Origin: an uncultured Planctomycetia bacterium
Lineage (GTDB): Bacteria; Omnitrophota; Gorgyraeia; Pluralincolimonadales; Pluralincolimonadaceae
Assembly (NCBI GenBank): GCA_964650515.1
Contig: CAZYUB010000008.1
Span: forward strand, 16,126-80,125
DNA length: 64,000 nucleotides
Reading direction: 5' to 3'
Part shown: in pieces, positions 10,399 to 19,833 of the stretch
How the letters are laid out: each line of letters begins with the position of its first letter
Numbering within the stretch: the first letter of the stretch is position 1
Program-made: the position numbers and the translations under genes
Notes under the pieces: model-generated
What the model was told of the DNA's origin: nothing
Databases searched by the model: none
Seen by the model: the letters and a program-made list of their open reading frames with translations, nothing else

Positions 10399-11418
10399 TT
10401 ATTTATATACGTCCGCCTTCTTCAGGTATCCGCTGTCTATCAGTACCGCGTCAATATTATTCTTATCGACTACGACCGGCTTAAGCAATATCGACGGGAC
10501 GTCCATCTTGTTGTTATTAACGGCCCCCGTGGCCCCGGGATCCTGTTTGTTAATCATCTTCAGCGCGGCATCCATCGCTTTCGAGGCGAGTTCCCTCGTG
10601 TCCTTGAAGACGGTCATCGACTGTGTGCCTTTGACTATCCTCTGGGCGGCCGTCAGCTCGGCATCCTGCCCCGTGACGGGGACTTTTCCCGCGAGGCCGG
10701 CCTGCGCGAGGGCCTGTATGACCCCTCCGGCGGTATTATCGTTGGGTGCCAGCACCGCGTCTATCCTGTTGTTGTTCGCCGTAAGCGCGTTCTGCATGAG
10801 GTTCATCGCGACGGTCGGCTGCCAGTCCTGTATCCACTGGTCCATGACTATTTTAATGTCGCCCTTGGCCGCGAGCGGCTTTATGACCGACATAGCGCCC
10901 TGCTTGAAAAGCTTCGCGTTGTTGTCGGTCGGCGCGCCGCCGAGCACGACGTAATTCCCTTTCGGCACCGCTTTCGCGAGGTAATCCCCCTGCAACCTTC
11001 CGACCTCGACATTGTCAAACGAGATATAAAGGTCGACCTTCGTGTTCAGCACGAGCCTGTCATAGGATATCACTTTAATACCGGCGCCGTGCGCCTCATC
11101 GACAATAGCCGCAGCACTCGTCGCGTCATGCGGCGCAAGGATGAGCACGTCGATGCCCTGCGCGAGCAGGTTCTCGCATTGGGACATCTGTTTCGCGGCG
11201 TCATTGTCCGATATCTGCATCTTCAGGTCGAGGCCCTGCGCCTTTGCGACATCCCTCATCTTCTGCGCGTCCCTGACCCAGCGCTCGTCCCTTTGGGTCG
11301 GCAGCGACGCGCCTATACGCACCTTCTTCGCGGCCGGCGCGGCATCGCACGGCCCGAACGCGGTAACTGCGATAATTAACGATGCTGCAAACGAGGCATA
11401 TTTGAGCTTTACGTCCAT
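10399..11418 (-). CDS. xylF: periplasmic D-xylose-type sugar-binding protein
   Basis: Signal peptide; long collinear matches to E. coli XylF (YISFDNVEVG..., NNAKLF, KIVMDQW, LTANNNRIDAVLAPNDNTAGG, VPSILL). Confidence 0.85.
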   Translation of the reverse strand: MDVKLKYASFAASLIIAVTAFGPCDAAPAAKKVRIGASLPTQRDERWVRDAQKMRDVAKAQGLDLKMQISDNDAAKQMSQCENLLAQGIDVLILAPHDATSAAAIVDEAHGAGIKVISYDRLVLNTKVDLYISFDNVEVGRLQGDYLAKAVPKGNYVVLGGAPTDNNAKLFKQGAMSVIKPLAAKGDIKIVMDQWIQDWQPTVAMNLMQNALTANNNRIDAVLAPNDNTAGGVIQALAQAGLAGKVPVTGQDAELTAAQRIVKGTQSMTVFKDTRELASKAMDAALKMINKQDPGATGAVNNNKMDVPSILLKPVVVDKNNIDAVLIDSGYLKKADVYK

Positions 11419-11443
11419 CTTCCTTCTCCTTTATCAAAAGGCC

Positions 11444-12844
11444 TTATTCCCGCTCGAGTATCCTGATAAACGCCTCTACTACCTTTGGGTTGAACTGCGT
11501 GCCGCTGTTCTTCCTCAATTCATCTATCGCCGCGGCCTTGCCCATCGAATCCCTGTAGGCGCGCTTTGACGTCATGGCGTCGTATGAGTCCGCAACGGAG
11601 ACGATCTGCGCGAGGATATCTATCTCGTCGCCCTTGAGCCCGTCGGGATACCCCTTGCCGTCGTAGCGTTCGTGGTGCGACCTGACTATCGCGAGTTTCT
11701 TCTTGTCGAGGAAGACCGGCGTCAATATCTCCTCCCCGGTCTTCGGGTGTTCCTTGATTATCTCCCATTCCTCCGGGGTCGGCTTGCCGTCTTTGTTCAA
11801 TATCCCTTCCTCTATGCCTATCTTGCCTATATCATGCAGCTCGGCGACGCTCTTGAGCATCTCGGCTTCTTCCGAGGATATGCCCAGTTCGAGCGCTATC
11901 TTCATAGCGTATTCCGCGACCCTGTCGGAATGGCCCTTCGTGTACGTGTCTTTAGCTTCGATACTGCGCGCGAGTGTCTGCACTATCCTGTAAAAATAAT
12001 CCTGCAGCGCCTTTCGCGACTCGGATATGCTCTCGGCCATCCTGTTGAACGCCTTGCCGAGGCGGCTTATCTCGTCGTTGCCCCTGATGTCTACCCTGTA
12101 CTGGAAATCCCCGGAAGATATCCGCTGTGTCGCCTCTTCCAGCTTCTTTATGGGGTCGGTGGTGTTCTTGCCTACGAGCAGGCCCAGGATGACCGCGAAG
12201 AAGACACCGAGAAGCAGGACTATGAGCGCGCGGCGGTTCAGCTCTTTTTCCATATCACGGACTTTTTTCGCAGACATATCTATCCCGATCACCGCTACGG
12301 CCTTGCCGCCGGCGTCCCGTATCGGCGCGTAACCTGAAAGCGTCGTGCCCCACTCGTCCTCGACGAGTTTCTTGTCCGAGGACGGGACCTTCAGGGCCTT
12401 CATCATCTCCGGAAAGCGCGATACATCATACCTGTCGCCGGGATAGGAGGTCGAGGCCTCCTTCCTTTTCGACTTCGCGAGCGGCTCAGGGTCCACGATG
12501 AACTGCCATACGCCTTCATCGGATGTCCTGGCCATCGTATATACGAACAGGATCTGCGGGTCGGACGATTTTATCTTGCGGAGTTTCTCGGCTATTATCT
12601 TATATTCCTCGCTGTCCACGCCGGAACGATCGAGCGGCACGCGCATCAGTATGCTCTCGTCTATGCTCAAAGCCGCGGTCTGCGCGACAAGCTCGAGCTC
12701 TTCCCTGAGCTGGGAGAACCTCGAATCATAACTGTATTTGTATACCAGGAAATTGCTGAGGAATGCCACGAAAAGCAGCGAGAGGACAAACGCAATAGTT
12801 ACCTTGGTGCGGAACCCGCCGAATAAAGGATGGGAATACCTCAT
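11444..12844 (-). CDS. membrane HD-GYP c-di-GMP phosphodiesterase with periplasmic Cache-like sensor and HAMP
   Basis: Two TM segments around a periplasmic domain, a HAMP region, then HD-GYP motifs (HSDRVAEY, HDIGKIGI, HHERYDGKGYPDGL). Confidence 0.85.
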   Translation of the reverse strand: MRYSHPLFGGFRTKVTIAFVLSLLFVAFLSNFLVYKYSYDSRFSQLREELELVAQTAALSIDESILMRVPLDRSGVDSEEYKIIAEKLRKIKSSDPQILFVYTMARTSDEGVWQFIVDPEPLAKSKRKEASTSYPGDRYDVSRFPEMMKALKVPSSDKKLVEDEWGTTLSGYAPIRDAGGKAVAVIGIDMSAKKVRDMEKELNRRALIVLLLGVFFAVILGLLVGKNTTDPIKKLEEATQRISSGDFQYRVDIRGNDEISRLGKAFNRMAESISESRKALQDYFYRIVQTLARSIEAKDTYTKGHSDRVAEYAMKIALELGISSEEAEMLKSVAELHDIGKIGIEEGILNKDGKPTPEEWEIIKEHPKTGEEILTPVFLDKKKLAIVRSHHERYDGKGYPDGLKGDEIDILAQIVSVADSYDAMTSKRAYRDSMGKAAAIDELRKNSGTQFNPKVVEAFIRILERE

Positions 12845-13821
12845 TTCACCAGGCTATAGGCCAAAGCCGATATTAACGCCGAACACGGTATCGTCAATAC
12901 CCATGCCCAGACGATCTGCCCCGCGACCCCCCAGCGGACCGCGCTGAGGCGCCTGAGCGACCCGACGCCCATTATCGCCCCCGTTATCGTATGCGTCGTG
13001 CTGACCGGGATGCCGAAGGCGGATGATATGAACAGCGTTATAGCCGCGCCCGATTCGGCGCAGAAACCGTCGACGGGCTTCAGCTTCGAGACCTTTTGCC
13101 CCATAGTCTTGACTATGCGCCAGCCGCCGAACATCGTGCCGAGGGCTATGGCGGCATGGCACATAATGACGACCGCGAACGGAATGTGGAACTCATTACC
13201 GAGCAGGCCGGCGCTGAAGAGCAGGCTCGCTATTATACCCATCGTCTTCTGCGCGTCATTTCCGCCATGGCCTAAGCTGTATGCGGCAGCCGACACGAGC
13301 TGGCCTTTCCTGAATATATGGTCAACCTTAAGCGGGGCGCTGTAGCGAAATATCCAGTGGACGGCGATGCCGAACGCGAGGCCGAGAACGAGGCCCACTA
13401 CGGGGGATACGACGATGAATGCCGCGGTCTTGATGATGCCATTCCAGACAAGCGCGCTTGTTCCGGCCTTTACGAGAGCGGCGCCTATAAGGCCGCCCAT
13501 CAGCGCATGCGAAGAGCTTGTCGGTAGGCCGAAATACCACGTGATTATGTTCCATCCGCAAGCGCCGATAAGGGTGCCGAAGATTATCCCCTTATCCACT
13601 ATTGAGATATCTATTATACCCTTTCCGATAGTATTGGCGACATGGAGGCCAAAGAAAAGGAACGCTATGAAATTAAAAAACGCCGCCCATATTACTGCAT
13701 GGCGCGGCGAAAGGACCCTCGTCGACACGATCGTGGCGATAGAATTCGCCGAATCGTGGAAACCGTTCAAAAAATCGAACAATAGGGCAAGGAGGATCAG
13801 GAAAATGATGGTTATTGTCAT
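12841..13821 (-). CDS. inorganic phosphate transporter, PiT family
   Basis: LLFDFLNGFHDSANSIAT and GHGGNDAQKTMGII signature repeats of PiT/Pho4. Confidence 0.85.
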   Translation of the reverse strand: MTITIIFLILLALLFDFLNGFHDSANSIATIVSTRVLSPRHAVIWAAFFNFIAFLFFGLHVANTIGKGIIDISIVDKGIIFGTLIGACGWNIITWYFGLPTSSSHALMGGLIGAALVKAGTSALVWNGIIKTAAFIVVSPVVGLVLGLAFGIAVHWIFRYSAPLKVDHIFRKGQLVSAAAYSLGHGGNDAQKTMGIIASLLFSAGLLGNEFHIPFAVVIMCHAAIALGTMFGGWRIVKTMGQKVSKLKPVDGFCAESGAAITLFISSAFGIPVSTTHTITGAIMGVGSLRRLSAVRWGVAGQIVWAWVLTIPCSALISALAYSLVK

Positions 13822-13883
13822 AAGTTGGGCTCGATTTCACGCATTATTATAGATAACGGCCGCCGCAACGTCAAGATATTATA

Positions 13884-15134
13884 TCAGGGCCTGCGGCTGT
13901 GGTACCTCGAACGCCTCTGCTTGAATACGTACCTCGGCCTCCTGCCCTCGGCCGGGCCCTGCAGCTTGCTGAATTCCGCGGGAGTGACGTCGGGATGCTT
14001 CGAGACCGGGAGCGAGATCCTCATGAGCTTCTCTATATTGCGCACGTCCCCGCTCTGGTCCGGGGTCGCGAAAGATATCGCGTGGCCCTTGTGCCCCGCC
14101 CTGCCCGTCCTTCCTATCCTGTGGACGTAATTGCCCGCGTCTTCCGGAAGGTCGTAATTTATGACGAGCTCGATCCCGGCGACGTCTATTCCCCTCGAGG
14201 CGATATCAGTGGCAACGAGGACCCTGTACCTGCCCGACTTGAACCCGTCGAGCGCTTCCCTGCGCTGGCCCAGCGAGCGGTTCGAGTGTATCTCGGCCGA
14301 GCTGACCCCCATGTTCTTTACGGCTTTCGCGATCTTCTTCGCGCCATGCTTGGTCCTGGAGAACAGCAGGACGGCGCCGTGATATTGCGAAAGAAGTTTC
14401 GTAAGCAGTTTGGTCTTTGATTCCTGCTGGATTATGAACAACTCCTGCGTGACCTTTTCCGCGACCGTGCCCGAAGGGGCGATCTCTACGGATACGGGAA
14501 GCTTCATATGGCGCGATGCCATCTGCAGTATCTCCCTCGGAAGCGTCGCGGAGAATAGCATCGTCTGCCTCTCCCTCGGAAGGTGGCGTAATACCCTTTC
14601 TATCTGCGGCGCGAATCCCATGTCGAGCATGCGGTCCGCCTCGTCGAGTACGAGCATCGCCGTATCGCCGAGCGTGAGGTTCCGCTGCTCGAGATGGTCG
14701 AGCAGGCGCCCGGGCGTCGCGATTATGACGCGCGGGTTCCTGCGCAGCGCGCGCATCTGCTCGTGCATGGATGCCCCGCCTATAAGACAGGCGGTCTTTA
14801 TCCCGAACGCGTGCGCGAGGCCCTTGAAGACCTCGTCTATCTGCAATGCAAGCTCCCGCGTCGGGGCCATGACAAGGCCCTTGCCTTTTACCTGCGCGAG
14901 GCGCTGTACCATCGGTATGGCGAACGCGTGCGTCTTGCCCGTGCCCGTCTGCGCTATGCCGACGACGTCCTTGCCCTCTATCGCGAGCGGGATCGCCTTG
15001 AACTGTATCGGCGTCGGGACGGTGAATTTTATGCGCTCGAGTATATCGAGTATCTTCGGCGCGATGCCGAGCCCGTAAAAACTCTGTGCGGGCTGCGCGG
15101 GTTTTTCGTTATGTATGTTCTTATGCTGCATCAT
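13884..15134 (-). CDS. DEAD-box ATP-dependent RNA helicase
   Basis: Q-motif, GTGKT, DEAD, SAT and HRIGRTGRAG motifs; basic C-terminal tail. Confidence 0.92.
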   Translation of the reverse strand: MMQHKNIHNEKPAQPAQSFYGLGIAPKILDILERIKFTVPTPIQFKAIPLAIEGKDVVGIAQTGTGKTHAFAIPMVQRLAQVKGKGLVMAPTRELALQIDEVFKGLAHAFGIKTACLIGGASMHEQMRALRRNPRVIIATPGRLLDHLEQRNLTLGDTAMLVLDEADRMLDMGFAPQIERVLRHLPRERQTMLFSATLPREILQMASRHMKLPVSVEIAPSGTVAEKVTQELFIIQQESKTKLLTKLLSQYHGAVLLFSRTKHGAKKIAKAVKNMGVSSAEIHSNRSLGQRREALDGFKSGRYRVLVATDIASRGIDVAGIELVINYDLPEDAGNYVHRIGRTGRAGHKGHAISFATPDQSGDVRNIEKLMRISLPVSKHPDVTPAEFSKLQGPAEGRRPRYVFKQRRSRYHSRRP

Positions 15135-15300
15135 CTTTATACCTCCGCCTTGGCTTTGTGGTCCTGCGGCATCTGGTGCAGATGCACATGGCAGTAGGCC
15201 TCGTGGTTATAGATGCTCAGGATCTGCTTGCAATGCAGATGCTTGCATTTCCTTCCCTTTGATGAAGTCTTTACTCTTTTGATATCTGCTCCTTTTGTTT

Positions 15301-16752
15301 TTAAGCCCTGTTGACTACGAATGTCCTCTTTAGCGAATCCTTAAGCCTGCCCTTCTTCAGGTCGCGCGCTATCGCGCTGACAAGAAGGCGCGGCATCACC
15401 GCGACAAGGGAGGCGACCTCCCCTAAAGACAGGAACCTGTTACTGAAAACGCCCTTCCAAAATACCCTGATAAAACGCTGCGGCGTGTAAAAGGAGAACT
15501 TGATGGTCCTGCCTATCTTCTTGAGCGCCGCGTGGCTGTAGGTATCCGAGTACAGTTCGCCCTTCTCGGTAATGTGGTAACCGGCCGTCTTCTCGGCCAG
15601 TTCCCTGAGCGGCGAGAACCTCTCTATCCTCAGCTTGTTGCACGATATGAAATCCAGCCCGATCTCTTTAGCGAACCTCGGGATATAGAGCATCTCTTCC
15701 TTGCTCTCCCCGATATTGCCGTAAATGAAATACCCGTTATAGAAGATCGGGTACTTCTTGAGCACTTTAAACGCCTTGCGGACCGTTGCCGAATCGAACC
15801 CCTTGTTCAACTGCGCAAGGATGCGGTCGTTCGGGGATTCTATCCCCATCAGCAGGGCCTTGAACCCAGCCTTGACCATCTTTTCGAGCAGGCGCGGATG
15901 CTTGTATATCTCTATACGCGCCTGGGCGATGAAACGCTTCTTTATCCCGCGCTCGATGATGCCGTCGCACAGTTTCTCCGCCCTTGAGGGATTCACAAAA
16001 AGGTCGTCATCGCTGAAGAGTATCACCTGGGCGGTTATGCCTTCGAGCTCTTCCAGGACAGAATCGACGCTTCGCGCCGAATAGGTCCTTTTCTGGCCCA
16101 GCGGGTTAAGGCTGAACGTACAGAATTTGCAGTTGTGAGGGCAACCCCTTGCGCTCAATACCGAATCGAAGGTCAGGCCCATCACTTCTATGCCATTGAT
16201 CGCGAGCTTGTATTTGTTCGCCCTCAATGCCCGGTCCGGGGAATCGATATCATTTACGTCGCGCAGCGGCCTGTTCTTGTTGTGGACCACGGCGCCGTTC
16301 TCCGCGTACGATATGCCGAGGATATCCTTCAGCGGGACCCCGTTGAGTATATCCTTTATCGTCTCCTCGCCCTCACCGCGGACTATTATGTTTATCTTTG
16401 GGCACAGCTTGAAAAGCTCATCCGCCATCTCGGTCGCCTTGTATCCCCCTACGACGAGGGTCTTTCCGGAAGGCATGCGGTTCAGCAGGTCGCATATCTC
16501 CTTGAACTGGCGGTCCCAGCCGATGCTGACGCAGATTATGTCGATCTCTTTCGATATGAAATCGAGCAGTTTTGCGGTGTCCGAAAGTTCCTTCTCATAC
16601 CTGAGGTCGAGCATGGAGATCCTGCCGACAAGGCCTTCGGCGCTTGTCGCGACGTATTCGAGGCCGGTCGGAGGAAAAAGCTTCATTACACTGGTGTTGT
16701 TGCTCTCAATGTAGGGATTCAGGAACAAGGCATGATCGTATTTCACCTGCAT
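15301..16752 (-). CDS. B12-binding-domain radical SAM enzyme (class B)
   Basis: N-terminal cobalamin-binding-like domain and CPHNCKFC radical-SAM cluster motif. Start moved to the internal Met (MQVKYDH) so that it abuts the upstream stop instead of overlapping it by 89 nt. Confidence 0.75.
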   Translation of the reverse strand: MQVKYDHALFLNPYIESNNTSVMKLFPPTGLEYVATSAEGLVGRISMLDLRYEKELSDTAKLLDFISKEIDIICVSIGWDRQFKEICDLLNRMPSGKTLVVGGYKATEMADELFKLCPKINIIVRGEGEETIKDILNGVPLKDILGISYAENGAVVHNKNRPLRDVNDIDSPDRALRANKYKLAINGIEVMGLTFDSVLSARGCPHNCKFCTFSLNPLGQKRTYSARSVDSVLEELEGITAQVILFSDDDLFVNPSRAEKLCDGIIERGIKKRFIAQARIEIYKHPRLLEKMVKAGFKALLMGIESPNDRILAQLNKGFDSATVRKAFKVLKKYPIFYNGYFIYGNIGESKEEMLYIPRFAKEIGLDFISCNKLRIERFSPLRELAEKTAGYHITEKGELYSDTYSHAALKKIGRTIKFSFYTPQRFIRVFWKGVFSNRFLSLGEVASLVAVMPRLLVSAIARDLKKGRLKDSLKRTFVVNRA

Positions 16753-16753
16753 A

Positions 16754-17863
16754 TTATAGCATATTGCGGGCATAATCTGTAAGAAACTTTGCCTTAAGCA
16801 GGCCCTCTTCCCATTCGCCGCGCGGTGTCGAGTCCCAGACAATGCCGCCGCCTACGCCCATCTCGCCCGCGCCGTCCCTGATAAGCAGCGTGCGTATGGG
16901 TATATTGAAGAACATGTCCCTCTCCGGGGATATGTAACCTATCGCTCCGGTATATATCCTGCGGTCCTCCCCCTCAAGCTCCCTTATTATCCGCATCGCC
17001 CGTATCTTCGGCGCGCCTGTGACGGAGCCCGACGGGAAGAGCGATGAGAAGACCTGCCGGAACGGGATGCGCGCGTCGATCTCCCCCGTGATGGTCGAGG
17101 TCATCTGGTGCAGTTTCCTGTATTTAGTTACCTCGAACAGCCTCGGGGCCTTTATGCCTGTGCCCATCCTGCCGAGGTCGTTCCTCAGGAGGTCGGCTAT
17201 CATGACGTTCTCCGCCCTGTTCTTCGTGTCGTATTTGAACCGTATCCCGGCGACCGCGTCGGATATTATGTTGCCGCCCCTCGGCCATGTGCCCTTCATG
17301 GGTTTCGTGGTTATATTCGGGCCCTCCTTCCTGATGAACATCTCCGGGGAGAGCGAAAGTATATGGTGGCTGCCGGTATCTATATATGCCGGATAAGGCA
17401 CGGGCTGTTCCCTCAGCAGTATCCTGTAAAGCGAGAAAGGGTCCCCGCGGAACCTGAAGAGGAACTTGATGCAATATGTCACCTGGTAGACATCGCCGTT
17501 CTTTATATATTCGCGTATAGCCGTTATATCGGAGTGGTAATCCTCGTATGGGATATTGAGCCGCATATCCGCCAACGATATCCGCGTCCGGACGGGTGCG
17601 GGAGGTATCCTTACGGCGGCAGGCGCGTCATAAACTCCCATGCGCAGCAACGGAAAATCCCTGCGGATATCGCCGCCGAGGCACTCCTCAAAGCTGTATC
17701 CGGCTTCGTAAGAGACGAATCCCGCGAGATAATAACCCCTCTCGATGGCGTCTTCCATCTTATCGAAACATTCCCAAAGCGACGACGGGTCTTCGCACGA
17801 TATCACCGAGACGGGGTCACGGAAAAGCAGCGGTTTCTTTTCGAATTGGATGAGTACTTTCAT
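16754..17863 (-). CDS. chorismate-utilising enzyme, aminodeoxychorismate synthase component I-like (PabB/TrpE family, short form)
   Basis: SGSVTGAPK and chorismate-binding C-terminal motifs; 369 aa, lacking the usual N-terminal region. Confidence 0.75.
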   Translation of the reverse strand: MKVLIQFEKKPLLFRDPVSVISCEDPSSLWECFDKMEDAIERGYYLAGFVSYEAGYSFEECLGGDIRRDFPLLRMGVYDAPAAVRIPPAPVRTRISLADMRLNIPYEDYHSDITAIREYIKNGDVYQVTYCIKFLFRFRGDPFSLYRILLREQPVPYPAYIDTGSHHILSLSPEMFIRKEGPNITTKPMKGTWPRGGNIISDAVAGIRFKYDTKNRAENVMIADLLRNDLGRMGTGIKAPRLFEVTKYRKLHQMTSTITGEIDARIPFRQVFSSLFPSGSVTGAPKIRAMRIIRELEGEDRRIYTGAIGYISPERDMFFNIPIRTLLIRDGAGEMGVGGGIVWDSTPRGEWEEGLLKAKFLTDYARNML

Positions 17864-17953
17864 GACCTTTAGGCGGGTCTGGATGCCCCATTGCTTCTAT
17901 AAGCGAGGGGCTATCCACTACGCTTATAAAAGAGGAGCTAGGTCATGACCTCT

Positions 17954-19720
17954 TTAAAGATGAGATTTCAGCGCTTCGTATTCTTTCCAGATCTCGGCGG
18001 GCATGCTGTCGCCGAATTGCTTCAGGAACTTCTCTATATCCTCGAGCTCGGGCCCCCATTCCTTCGTATTTATCTCGAGGAGCTTCGCGAGGTTCTTTTC
18101 CGGTATCGAGAGCCCTTTAAGGTCAAGGTCCGACGCGTGCGGGACATATCCGATGGGGGTCTCTTTCGCTTTCGCGCCGTTATTGACCCTTTCTATTATC
18201 CACTTGATGACCCGGATATTCTCGCCGAAACCCGGCCATATATACCTGCCGTCATCGTCCGTCCTGAACCAGTTGACGGAAAATATCTTCGGCGGATTGC
18301 GCATCTGCCTTCCGATATTGAGCCAATGGCTGAAATAATCCCCCATGTTATACCCGCAGAACGGCAGCATCGCCATAGGGTCGCGCCTAAGCACGCCGAC
18401 CTGGTGGGCCGCCGCGGCCGTCGTCTCCGAGCCGGTGCGCGCCCCGAGGAATACGCCCTGCTGCCAGTTCATGGCCTCGACAACGAGCGGTATCAGGTGC
18501 GTCCTGCGCCCGCCGAGTATTATCGCGGATATCGGCACGCCTTTCGGGTCGTCGAATTCCTTTGAAAGCGTCGGGCAATTATATATGGATGCCGTAAACC
18601 TTGAATTCGGGTGCGCGGCTTTCTTGTCCGTGCCCGGCTGCCACGGGTTACCCTGCCAATCGAGCGCGTGCTGCGGCTCAGGGCCGTCAAAGCCCTCCCA
18701 CCACGGCTCGTTCTTGTCGGTATCAAGGGCGGTATTCGTGAAGATGGTCGGGAAGAACTTATTCCCCTTCAGTGTCCTTATCATGTTCGGGTTCGTCTTC
18801 ATCGAGGTGCCCGGCGCAACACCGAAAAACCCGGCTTCCGGGTTTATCGCATAGAGCCTCCCGTCGGGGCCTACGTTGAGCCATGCTATGTCGTCTCCGA
18901 TGGTCCAGACCTTGTATCCCGGAAGCGCCGATTCGAGCATCGCGAGGTTCGTCTTGCCGCACGCGGACGGCATTGCCGCCGTTATATAAGTGATATTGCC
19001 CTTAGGGTCTTCTACGCCGAGGATGACCATGTGCTCGGCAAGCCATCCCTCCTGGTAACCGAGCCAGGATGCGAGCCGCAACGAGAAGCATTTCTTCCCG
19101 AGCAGCGCGTTTCCGCCGTATCCCGAACCGATGCTCCATACGAGATGGTCATCGGGAAAATGCATTATGAAACGTTTGTTGGGGTCGAAATCGCCTACGG
19201 AATGGAGGCCTTTCACGAAATCGCTGCGGCCGCCTATCTTTTCGATGACCTTCCTGCTCATGCGCGTCATTATGCGCATGCTTACCGCGACATACGATAC
19301 GTCGGTAAGCTGCACGCATGCCTTCGCGTACGGTGAATCGGGGTGGCCCATCATATAAGGAAGGACGTACATCGTCTTGCCCTTCATGCAGCCGTCCGAA
19401 AGCTTCGTCATCATCGCCTTCGCTTCGCCGGGGTCCATCCAGTTATTGTTCGGCCCGGCGGTGGCTTTCTCGGGATGGCAAACGAACGTCAGGTGCTCCG
19501 TCCGCGCGACGTCGGTATGGTGGCTCTTATGGTAATAAGCGTTCGGCCAGGTCTTCTGGTTCAGCTCCTTGAAGATCGGGTGTCCGTCGATATTCTCTTC
19601 CTTCATCCCAATCTCTATGAGCCTGCGCGCTTCCTCTTCGGAACCGTCGCACCAGATTATCCTGTCGGGCTTAGTGAGCTTTGCTTGTTCTTCTACCCAT
19701 TTTTCGAGGGGAGTGGTCAT
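17954..19720 (-). CDS. pckG: phosphoenolpyruvate carboxykinase (GTP)
   Basis: Full-length GTP-PEPCK signature (CGKTNLAML, WxGDDIAW, FFGVAPGT). Start placed at the internal MTTPLEKW rather than the 65-codon upstream extension. Confidence 0.92.
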   Translation of the reverse strand: MTTPLEKWVEEQAKLTKPDRIIWCDGSEEEARRLIEIGMKEENIDGHPIFKELNQKTWPNAYYHKSHHTDVARTEHLTFVCHPEKATAGPNNNWMDPGEAKAMMTKLSDGCMKGKTMYVLPYMMGHPDSPYAKACVQLTDVSYVAVSMRIMTRMSRKVIEKIGGRSDFVKGLHSVGDFDPNKRFIMHFPDDHLVWSIGSGYGGNALLGKKCFSLRLASWLGYQEGWLAEHMVILGVEDPKGNITYITAAMPSACGKTNLAMLESALPGYKVWTIGDDIAWLNVGPDGRLYAINPEAGFFGVAPGTSMKTNPNMIRTLKGNKFFPTIFTNTALDTDKNEPWWEGFDGPEPQHALDWQGNPWQPGTDKKAAHPNSRFTASIYNCPTLSKEFDDPKGVPISAIILGGRRTHLIPLVVEAMNWQQGVFLGARTGSETTAAAAHQVGVLRRDPMAMLPFCGYNMGDYFSHWLNIGRQMRNPPKIFSVNWFRTDDDGRYIWPGFGENIRVIKWIIERVNNGAKAKETPIGYVPHASDLDLKGLSIPEKNLAKLLEINTKEWGPELEDIEKFLKQFGDSMPAEIWKEYEALKSHL

Positions 19721-19833
19721 GGGCGATATTATAGTGAATTTGCCCCGGAGTATCAAGAATATTCTTGGAACAAACGGGTCCCCTCCCCTGTCTAAAGGTT
19801 GAAGGCGAAAAACCCTAACAAAAGGAGGAAGCC

